A stretch of 63,279 nucleotides of DNA from a virus. This document shows, piece by piece, positions 54,086-61,416 of the stretch (position 1 is the first letter of the stretch; each line of letters starts with the position of its first letter). The notes beneath the pieces are model-generated. The model did no database searches, was not told the origin of the DNA, and worked only from the letters and a program-made list of their open reading frames with translations. The DNA lies in the IMG/VR virus record IMGVR_UViG_3300009415_000003, one strand, 5' to 3'. The translations under genes were made by a program, and so were the position numbers.

Positions 54086-54116
54086 TTGTGAGATGTTAAG
54101 GTATGTCTTATATTTG
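54086..54116 (+). promoter_or_regulatory. Rightward early promoter TTG-N20-TATATTTG
   Basis: TTG at 54086-54088, a 20-nt spacer, then TATATTTG at 54109-54116, with the ATG at 54145. Confidence 0.6.
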
Positions 54117-54144
54117 AGTATCGTTAAACATTTAATCTTTAAAA

Positions 54145-54351
54145 ATGACATACACTATAACAATAGAAAAGACAGCATTAACAGGATGTGGAGCATATAA
54201 CACTTCTTCTCAGACATTAGAAGTTAAATCTTTTGATTCTAAAAAAGAAGCAAATAAGGAGATCAGAAGAATGGTAAAAGAGGAAGGGTACAAAAGAGGA
54301 TATTTTGTTAACAATCCAAACTTAAACACGGAATTGCATTTAAATTACTAA
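54145..54351 (+). CDS. Hypothetical small protein
   Basis: 68-aa ORF, the first gene of the rightward block. Confidence 0.65.
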   Translation: MTYTITIEKTALTGCGAYNTSSQTLEVKSFDSKKEANKEIRRMVKEEGYKRGYFVNNPNLNTELHLNY

Positions 54352-54355
54352 TATA

Positions 54356-54526
54356 ATGACCATCAAAGAGCTAAAAAAAGAATTAGGACTATCTGATAAA
54401 AAAATAGCCGAGTTTTTCGGGTATAAAAATGCTATGTCTTACTACAATGCTAAGAATGGTAAAACTAAGATCGAGAATGGATTAGTTAGATTCTATGAAC
54501 ACGTTCGAGAAGTAAATAAATTATGA
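54356..54526 (+). CDS. Small helix-turn-helix protein (56 aa, below the track cutoff)
   Basis: ATG ORF MTIKELKKELGLSDKKIAEFFGYKNAMSYYNAKNGKTKIENGLVRFYEHVREVNKL. Its stop overlaps the next ATG (ATGA). Confidence 0.55.
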   Translation: MTIKELKKELGLSDKKIAEFFGYKNAMSYYNAKNGKTKIENGLVRFYEHVREVNKL

Positions 54527-54861
54527 CAGGAGAAGATTTTTTACAGTCGAAAGGAATTTGGAATCACCAACGAATCCAACAATCAGTAGGATATAAAGAC
54601 TATGATGTGGCTGAATTATTAGATGAGTTTTTACATATACATAGTGTTGTATTGCAATGCGAACACTTGTCTAAAAACAATTGCCCATTAAATAGACCAC
54701 CGAACAAAGAAGTCGAGCAAAAATCAGATGGAATCATATCGCCTATTATAGACCGAAGGGAACTGTTAGAGGCTTTCAAAAAGTATAGTAACGAAGCTGA
54801 TAATGTTTTACACATAGGGGATGATGACATTGAAAAATTCTTAGCCTCTAATAGTCTATAA
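54523..54861 (+). CDS. Hypothetical protein
   Basis: 112-aa ORF. Confidence 0.65.
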   Translation: MTGEDFLQSKGIWNHQRIQQSVGYKDYDVAELLDEFLHIHSVVLQCEHLSKNNCPLNRPPNKEVEQKSDGIISPIIDRRELLEAFKKYSNEADNVLHIGDDDIEKFLASNSL

Positions 54862-54977
54862 TGGAAAATGATAAGTGGCGGCTCGATAGACCTGAACATC
54901 ATATCGACCTATTATCTATTAGATCATTTTTTTGAGCTGTGGAGCTTTTTACCTTATTAATTTGAAAATTAAAATAT

Positions 54978-55436
54978 ATGAGAGATATAAAATTCAGAGC
55001 TTGGTGTAAAATTGAGAACACTATGTACGACTTGCACGGAGGTAAACTTGATTTGCTTTCAAGATTCAGTATATTTTCAGACTCAAGTTGGTGCTTGGGT
55101 GACGAAGAGGAAACACTTACAGGAACGAGAGAACCAAACGAAGGTGACGATCCGATAGATGATGGTGTAATAATGCAGTATACAGGTCTTAAAGATAAGA
55201 ACGGTGTCGAGCTTTACGAAGGTGACATACTTGGGCTGCAAGACTCAGAAGATGAATCTAAGTTTATAGTAGAGTATCACCAATCATCCTTCCAAAAGAA
55301 ATACCTAAGTCACGATCAGCCAGTAGGTCCAATAAGTTCGTTTGACTTGAAAGATATAGGCTTTATTGTTATTGGCAACATTTATGAAACCCCCGAACTC
55401 GTACAAGTCGCTTATGGTGGCGGTGGCAAAAAATAA
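54978..55436 (+). CDS. YopX-family protein
   Basis: 152 aa. MRDIKFRAW...IMQYTGLKDKNGVELYEGDIL...IGNIYETPEL is the YopX pattern. Confidence 0.7.
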   Translation: MRDIKFRAWCKIENTMYDLHGGKLDLLSRFSIFSDSSWCLGDEEETLTGTREPNEGDDPIDDGVIMQYTGLKDKNGVELYEGDILGLQDSEDESKFIVEYHQSSFQKKYLSHDQPVGPISSFDLKDIGFIVIGNIYETPELVQVAYGGGGKK

Positions 55437-55524
55437 GATTGTACATAATATACAATGGACTGGTGATATGTTCTGGCTGATTTTTAAAGCGTGGGCTATT
55501 CCACAAAACTTAAACACTTGAAAA

Positions 55525-55974
55525 ATGAATAAATGGATTAACGTTAATGATAGGCTGCCCGATCGCGATACAGATGTAATAACATGGTCAGAATATTTCG
55601 AATTAAGAGTTGGAAGATGCACAAATAATGGCTATTGGTTTATTGATAGTCAATCACTACCTCAAGAGGTGATATACTGGCAGCCGTTACCCGAAGCACC
55701 ATCTAATAAATCAGATGACAGCATACCCGTAATTATGCAAGAGATCGATAGCGAACGTCTGTTGATGGATTTTCAACAATGGCAATTAGACAACCCTAAT
55801 GATGTATACTACAACAGCTACCAAGAAAATGCTAAAAAATTCTTATCCATGAATGGTGCATCTATTATCATAGCGGAACAAAGTGAAGCGACGGCCAGTT
55901 GTCTTTCCGAAGATCATAAAGATAGCATAAGACTATTTAAAAAGTGTAAGGTTTGCGGATACACTAACACATAG
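55525..55974 (+). CDS. DUF551-domain protein
   Basis: 149 aa. The N-terminal WINVNDRLPDRDTDVI...YWQPLPEAP fits DUF551. Confidence 0.6.
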   Translation: MNKWINVNDRLPDRDTDVITWSEYFELRVGRCTNNGYWFIDSQSLPQEVIYWQPLPEAPSNKSDDSIPVIMQEIDSERLLMDFQQWQLDNPNDVYYNSYQENAKKFLSMNGASIIIAEQSEATASCLSEDHKDSIRLFKKCKVCGYTNT

Positions 55975-56022
55975 GCAGACTGGATTATAAGGAGATTAAA
56001 ATAACAAATATATTATTAAAAC

Positions 56023-56226
56023 ATGGAAGATATTTTAAAAAGAAACGGAACATTGAGTTACCAATTAATCGGTAGAAATGGAAATGCTTTTGCACTCATG
56101 GCGCAATTCTCAGCAGCAGCAGAGAGAGCTAAGTGGTCGCAAGAAGATATCAAGGCGGTTACTAATGAGTGCATGTCTGGAGACTACGATCATTTATTGA
56201 GAACCCTTATTACTTTCCAAGCGTAG
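56023..56226 (+). CDS. Hypothetical small protein
   Basis: 67-aa ORF (..GNAFALMAQFSAAAERAKWSQEDIKAVTNECMSGDYDHLL..). Confidence 0.65.
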   Translation: MEDILKRNGTLSYQLIGRNGNAFALMAQFSAAAERAKWSQEDIKAVTNECMSGDYDHLLRTLITFQA

Positions 56227-56277
56227 GTAATCATATGAACAAGCATAAGCATAGTATTTTTATAAAAAGCGTTGGCA

Positions 56278-56736
56278 ATGATATTTAAAACAATAGAAGA
56301 AGCGAAAGAACACTTCTACACTTATTCTGAAATACCAGAGGGGAAGTATAATCCAAACAAGGAATGGTATACTTACCACTACGACCCAAAACCCGAAATG
56401 GGAGACTGGCTTTTATTCCAACACATTAAAGGTAAAACGATTAGTAGACCAATATTTGCTTTATGCTGTGGTCACACTGTTTGGGATCAGGCACTTGTGT
56501 TGGAATATGTAGAGCCTTGGAGGACATGGTTTAGTAATCTGTACATTGGAGACCCTGAAGACTTGGACGAAGACGGAGACCCTAATAGTGCAGACTGGTT
56601 TATATCCTACATTTACAAGGAATGTAAGCAAATACAATTCTGGACTGAGAATATTAGGGTTTTGGGATTTTGGAAAACTAAACCCAAGTTCAGACAGTTG
56701 AGGGAGGCTTATAAAAATATTATGTCTTATGCCTAA
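56278..56736 (+). CDS. Hypothetical protein
   Basis: The track start is TTG 56272. The first ATG at 56278 gives 152 aa. Confidence 0.65.
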   Translation: MIFKTIEEAKEHFYTYSEIPEGKYNPNKEWYTYHYDPKPEMGDWLLFQHIKGKTISRPIFALCCGHTVWDQALVLEYVEPWRTWFSNLYIGDPEDLDEDGDPNSADWFISYIYKECKQIQFWTENIRVLGFWKTKPKFRQLREAYKNIMSYA

Positions 56737-56804
56737 TTATTTGTAAGCGAAGCGACCCGAAGGGTTACACATAATGTATGGCTATAACTCGTCGTCATTT
56801 TACT

Positions 56805-56824
56805 CTCTTGCGGGAGGATTAACT
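56805..56824 (+). promoter_or_regulatory. Conserved box, divergent copy CTCTTGCGGGAGGATTAACT
   Basis: Shares the TTGCGGGAG..TAACT core with the copies at 57152 and 35653. It ends 12 nt before the ATG at 56837. Confidence 0.55.
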
Positions 56825-56836
56825 AAAACTAAATAA

Positions 56837-57076
56837 ATGGAAAAGATTACATATTACCCGCACTCAGGAATAAACTTTGAAGCAGATTCTTTAAAGCCGT
56901 GTCCGTGCTGTGGATCAGAAGCAAAATTGCAATTCGTAGGTAATGCAAGAACAAAACGAAGAAGTGTGACTATTAAATGCACTAAATGCAGATTACAAAG
57001 AACTGATGCTGCAATTAGGCACGTAGAGCAGTGGGTGGCAGAGGTATGCATTGAGCAGTGGAATTTAAGAGAGTAA
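56837..57076 (+). CDS. lar: Lar-family restriction-alleviation protein
   Basis: 79 aa. LKPCPCCGSEAKLQF...IKCTKCRLQ...EQWNLRE fits the Lar_restr_allev pattern (two Cys pairs plus WN.R). Confidence 0.6.
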   Translation: MEKITYYPHSGINFEADSLKPCPCCGSEAKLQFVGNARTKRRSVTIKCTKCRLQRTDAAIRHVEQWVAEVCIEQWNLRE

Positions 57077-57151
57077 TATTATGCGATGTTATAGCGTATT
57101 AAGGTGTCGTTTTAATGCACCTTAATGGAAAATTATAACAATCGTCTGTCA

Positions 57152-57171
57152 TCCTTTGCGGGAGTCTAACT
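57152..57171 (+). promoter_or_regulatory. Conserved 20-nt box TCCTTTGCGGGAGTCTAACT
   Basis: Identical to the reverse complement of 35653-35672. It ends 14 nt before the ATG at 57186. Confidence 0.7.
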
Positions 57172-57185
57172 TATAAATTAAACTA

Positions 57186-57419
57186 ATGGAAATATTGAAA
57201 CTTATAACTGCATTTGAAGAAAGGAATAACCTCTCAATAGGTCTGACTTTATTCAGTGACGGGAGTGGTTGGATTAAAGGATTCTGGGATCAACGAGAGA
57301 TAAAGGAGTTTGAGAGTGAGGTCGAACTTAGAGCTTACTTAGTCGATACCCAATATGAATTAGCACCATCGGGTAGATGTTATGACCCACCGAGGGAGTC
57401 AAAGAAAGGAGAAAAATAA
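57186..57419 (+). CDS. Hypothetical small protein
   Basis: 77-aa ORF, the last gene of the + block. Confidence 0.65.
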   Translation: MEILKLITAFEERNNLSIGLTLFSDGSGWIKGFWDQREIKEFESEVELRAYLVDTQYELAPSGRCYDPPRESKKGEK

Positions 57420-57457
57420 TTGTAGATAATGTACTGGCTATATTGTATTAATAGAGA

Positions 57458-57895
57458 TTATCGATTAACCACCACTTTATCAAACATCTCAACTTCCATC
57501 ATACGAATAAACCTCTGATAAGCCATATAGCTCTGCATCCCCATCCAGTCACCATTTCGATCAAGCTTAACACCTTCATTAATGAGTGGACACCCTCTGG
57601 TGTTCTTAATCGTATTACCTGTATGAAATAGCACTGCTGAAAAATTAGGTATGTTTTCGATTCTGACAATAAAAGGATGGCCTAAACGATTGCGGTAGAG
57701 CTTTAGAAATCGGCTGTTGGCTGTATTGGTTTCATAGATCAAATCAAACGTCCCTGATGGTATGCGTGTCTCTCCTGCGATCTTAGGCTTCCTGTGTCCA
57801 TCTTCTATCACATTACAGAAGTGTTTGCCTCGAACTTCTAAGCTGGACCAAGTGGAGTTCTTGGTTTCGGACATTAGTTTGATTGCAATAGACAT
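57458..57895 (-). CDS. DUF5675-domain protein
   Basis: 145 aa. ..FCNVIEDGHR..GETRIPSGTFDL...VLFHTGNTIKNTRGCPLI.. fits the DUF5675 pattern. Confidence 0.6.
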   Translation of the reverse strand: MSIAIKLMSETKNSTWSSLEVRGKHFCNVIEDGHRKPKIAGETRIPSGTFDLIYETNTANSRFLKLYRNRLGHPFIVRIENIPNFSAVLFHTGNTIKNTRGCPLINEGVKLDRNGDWMGMQSYMAYQRFIRMMEVEMFDKVVVNR

Positions 57896-58140
57896 ATCTG
57901 AGGATTGTAATTTTCTTTTAAAAAAATAACTATCTGTTTAGATGATACAAGTCGTGCACCATAAGCCACTGCAATATTTACTTGCCATTGTCTGACGTCA
58001 TAATGTGGCTGATATTTACCTCTTTTATTTTCAAACCATGATTTAGAAATTCCTATTTTCGCAGCAAAGTCATGCAACTCTTTGATTGAACTTGCAACCA
58101 TATGAGAATAACCGTTTTTTGGATTGTCTATTAATATCAT
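57874..58140 (-). CDS. DUF4031-domain protein
   Basis: 88 aa. ..YSHMVASSIKELHDFAAKIGISKSWFENK...HYDV...AVAYGARLV fits DUF4031. Confidence 0.6.
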   Translation of the reverse strand: MILIDNPKNGYSHMVASSIKELHDFAAKIGISKSWFENKRGKYQPHYDVRQWQVNIAVAYGARLVSSKQIVIFLKENYNPQICLLQSN

Positions 58141-58167
58141 GATATTGATTTATTTTTATATGTACCT

Positions 58168-58908
58168 TTATGTTAAAGTCTTAACAATAATAAAAATAAT
58201 AAATACCAAAACACTAACTCCTAAAATAATTGATATTTTTAAAAGATACCTGTGGATTGGACCAAATAGCCCAAGATCATATCCCAACTTCTCAGGTCTA
58301 ACTATTTTCCTACTGCTGCCATATCTATTCTTAACCATTTGATCTAATCCATCTATTGAGTCCTGAGTTATTGTAGCTTTTTCATTGTAGGTATCTCCCA
58401 TGATATCTTCTCTAACATGGGTATGGCTGAAACCTAAAGCATGACCCCATTCATGTATATAGAATGTCTCAAGATGATAGCTTCCTTTTTGATATTTTTG
58501 TGTGAAATATTCAGCATCATTTAATAGTATTTTTTTATCATGGTACCAGCCCAATACTCCTTTATTGAATCCATGCTTAAACTTTTTCTTTTTGCCATTC
58601 AATAAAGTAGCAACTGCATTTCCATCTCTACCATTTACTGCTGCATAGACCTTAATGTCCGCTTTCCTGATATCAGATGTTTGTACTAGCAACAACCGAT
58701 GATCTTTCAATATTTTATTCCAATGAGTTGTAGCAGCTACCATAGTTAGCAGCTGATCCCTTGTACCCATATCTTTATTGTAATTGACCATATGCCAATA
58801 GAGAATACCATCTTTATTAAAGTCAGCTAACTTTTTAGTCTTATAATATTCCGGCCCGTTGTGGTCATGTATAGACTGGCACCCTTGTATTACGATGTTC
58901 TCTGACAT
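58168..58908 (-). CDS. Matrixin-like (M10) zinc metalloprotease with C-terminal TM anchor
   Basis: 246 aa with HEWGHALGFSHTH (HExxHxxGxxH) and a Met-turn-like EDIMGDTY. The C-terminal helix is ISIILGVSVLVFIIFIIV. No N-terminal signal peptide. Confidence 0.7.
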   Translation of the reverse strand: MSENIVIQGCQSIHDHNGPEYYKTKKLADFNKDGILYWHMVNYNKDMGTRDQLLTMVAATTHWNKILKDHRLLLVQTSDIRKADIKVYAAVNGRDGNAVATLLNGKKKKFKHGFNKGVLGWYHDKKILLNDAEYFTQKYQKGSYHLETFYIHEWGHALGFSHTHVREDIMGDTYNEKATITQDSIDGLDQMVKNRYGSSRKIVRPEKLGYDLGLFGPIHRYLLKISIILGVSVLVFIIFIIVKTLT

Positions 58909-59432
58909 GGTGTATCTTGTTTAATTTCTTGATCTTTTAACTTCTGAGTGCCTACGATCATCAGACCAATTCCTAAACATGTAAGGCCCCAAAATCCTGC
59001 AGTTGGTATAGCAACACTATCTGGCTGCAAAACAATAGTAGTATCCATAGGCATAGGCTGAACCTGAATTATAGTGTCTGGAATGATTGGAATACCGCTC
59101 TGCATGCATTGGCTAAGATCAAAGACATAAGTCGTCATAAATACCTCCTTACCTCCAGGTGCAATCGAGTCTACTATGACCCATGCATGACCTGAATACT
59201 CTAATATCTGATCTGGCAGTATATCAAACCTTGCTATAACTTGATTTATAATGCTTTGCTGAGTCACTAAGGAATCAATATTAGATGTAGCTATTTCATT
59301 CACACTATAGATCTGATCTGCTTGTGTAGTTCCTATAAAGAAGCAAGTGTCTTGCTGTGAAAAAGCGCTGCTACAATTAAGCAGCAACGCTAAAAAACCA
59401 ACACTCAATCTGACATAAATATTTTTTATCAT
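58890..59432 (-). CDS. Exported protein with IPTL/PEP-CTERM-like C-terminal sorting tail
   Basis: 180 aa with signal peptide ..LALLLNCSSAFS/QQ. The C-terminus is AIPTAGFWGLTCLGIGLMIVGTQKLK: a motif, a TM helix and a basic cluster. Confidence 0.65.
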   Translation of the reverse strand: MIKNIYVRLSVGFLALLLNCSSAFSQQDTCFFIGTTQADQIYSVNEIATSNIDSLVTQQSIINQVIARFDILPDQILEYSGHAWVIVDSIAPGGKEVFMTTYVFDLSQCMQSGIPIIPDTIIQVQPMPMDTTIVLQPDSVAIPTAGFWGLTCLGIGLMIVGTQKLKDQEIKQDTPCQRTS

Positions 59433-60490
59433 AGTCCTAACTCTTTACACATCTGATCAATAAATTCAACTGCATCAGTAAGCTTTGCGCCCTTCTGTGA
59501 GTATTGAACTTTGAATGTAGACAACCGACTTAGTACTGCTTGTTTCTTAGCTGAGTCTGATTTGGCTTTTGCTAAATCATCCTTAACATTACTAAGTTCA
59601 AATTTAGTATCTTCTAATTCTCTTTTGATTTCTTCAATCTCAATTTCCAACTCATCACATTCAGGGTTTAAATCTATAGGATCAATAGGGTCTACGGGTT
59701 CATCGATCTGATCAAACGGGTAGTGTCGTTTGCCGAATAAAACTAAGTCCTCTGTGAAGCGGTCCTGTGGGTTTCCTGAGCTGCCGTCTAATGTTAATTT
59801 AGAACTATAAGGATAACCCATAGGATTGTGATTGTTATATGGAGAATTGTTTGTCTGTGATTCTGTTAATCGGTTAAGTATATTATTCCTAATAGTGTTT
59901 ATATCCCAATTATTTGGAGGTCCAGAAGCCCAAGCAATAACAGCTGACTCATTCCATGGTATTGGATTATTGGGATTCTGATGTTCATGAAATAATCCCA
60001 ACATATGTCCAAATTCATGTAGGACGGTTATTGAGTCTAACCATCCAAAATTCATGGTTTGTTGTGTGCTTAATGCATTAGGTATTCTACCTACAAAAGA
60101 CCATGCTCCAGAATTATTAAATCCAATTCTAATGTCTGACTCACTAACAGGCACACCCCACTGAAAATCAATATTAACTACTTTCTTCCATCGTTCGGCG
60201 TTTTTAATGACAAAATTCCACTTAATAGAATTACCACCAATCCATGCCACTTTAATGGTTTGCCCAGTTTCCCAGTATCTGTTTTTTATACTGACATATC
60301 TGTCTGGTAAATTTGATATCTCTACAGGCTTAATACTGTTGTTTGTTTTTGCAAAATTATTCCACTCATCAATATTAGCAATCTGTATGCAGTCGCCCTG
60401 CTTCTCTGAATCTATCGGGTTTAATGGTTGCTCACTGATGCAGCTAACTAAAAAAAGAAGAGCTGGAAATAAATATTTTAAATGTCTCAT
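59429..60490 (-). CDS. Astacin-like (M12A) zinc metalloprotease lipoprotein
   Basis: 353 aa with lipobox ..ALLFLVSC. HEFGHMLGLFHEHQNPN matches the astacin signature HExxHxxGxxHE. The C-terminus is a coiled coil. Confidence 0.75.
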   Translation of the reverse strand: MRHLKYLFPALLFLVSCISEQPLNPIDSEKQGDCIQIANIDEWNNFAKTNNSIKPVEISNLPDRYVSIKNRYWETGQTIKVAWIGGNSIKWNFVIKNAERWKKVVNIDFQWGVPVSESDIRIGFNNSGAWSFVGRIPNALSTQQTMNFGWLDSITVLHEFGHMLGLFHEHQNPNNPIPWNESAVIAWASGPPNNWDINTIRNNILNRLTESQTNNSPYNNHNPMGYPYSSKLTLDGSSGNPQDRFTEDLVLFGKRHYPFDQIDEPVDPIDPIDLNPECDELEIEIEEIKRELEDTKFELSNVKDDLAKAKSDSAKKQAVLSRLSTFKVQYSQKGAKLTDAVEFIDQMCKELGL

Positions 60491-61395
60491 TTGCTTTGGA
60501 TTAAGTTATTGACTCTAATTAGAAGTTTTTGTATTTCTGCTTTTTCAAAATCTGTAAGGCAGTCAATCTTATCAGGATCAACATTAATATCGGGTTTCGT
60601 TCCCTTACCATAGACGGCTTTGATCATATCCCAGTCACCCTGCACAACTTTTCTATTTAACTTTGCTGTATTGGCTATCTTAAACGCCTCAGAGCCATTC
60701 TCAAAGACTTCTGCAGGATAGGCATAGAACATGATTGAATCCCAGTTAAGCGGTCCGAAAACTGCTGTTTTTGCCAACCTATCTTTATAGGCAAAAAATG
60801 CATCTACTTGGAATTGTGTCCATCCTTGGCTAATTCTCCATTCAGCATATTTAACACGATTAAACTTGACATCTTTATGATACTGCGTATGAAAAAATCC
60901 AAGCATGTGTAGTAGCTCATGTGGGATCACCCTTCCATCTTCATAGTCGCCTGTGTCATATTCTTCAAACCCTGCTGAGGTACTTGTAGAATCTTGGTGA
61001 ATCTTCCTGCAATCAGTTCCTAAATAGGATAAGCCGCCTTTTGATTCTTGAAATCCGAAACGATTATCTGCAAAAGTATTTCCATAGACTTGCAAAAATG
61101 TAAACTTCTCATTCCCTGCTGATCTAATCGTATCTTGGATTCTTGATAACCAACTCTCATAATAGCCTTGATATCTGTCAATCGTTTCCTGACTCTTTTT
61201 TGTATTGATATAAAGATACTTGTAGGTGATTGTATCGTCTGGCCACCATAGATATTTAAGTCCTACTGATTGCTGAATTGGCTGGATGCAGTAATGATCG
61301 TGAGTGACTTCTACTGAGTTGAATGATTCAACTGGACCTGTGTAGTTGCACGCCAAAAGGAAAAGAATTGATATATATGCAATGAATCTGTTCAC
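60487..61395 (-). CDS. Astacin/metzincin-like zinc metalloprotease lipoprotein
   Basis: 302 aa with lipobox ..ILFLLAC, HELLHMLGFFHTQ (HExxHxxGxxH) and the Met-turn SIMFY. Confidence 0.7.
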   Translation of the reverse strand: MNRFIAYISILFLLACNYTGPVESFNSVEVTHDHYCIQPIQQSVGLKYLWWPDDTITYKYLYINTKKSQETIDRYQGYYESWLSRIQDTIRSAGNEKFTFLQVYGNTFADNRFGFQESKGGLSYLGTDCRKIHQDSTSTSAGFEEYDTGDYEDGRVIPHELLHMLGFFHTQYHKDVKFNRVKYAEWRISQGWTQFQVDAFFAYKDRLAKTAVFGPLNWDSIMFYAYPAEVFENGSEAFKIANTAKLNRKVVQGDWDMIKAVYGKGTKPDINVDPDKIDCLTDFEKAEIQKLLIRVNNLIQSK

Positions 61396-61416
61396 TATAT
61401 TGAGTCTCTAAATTAG

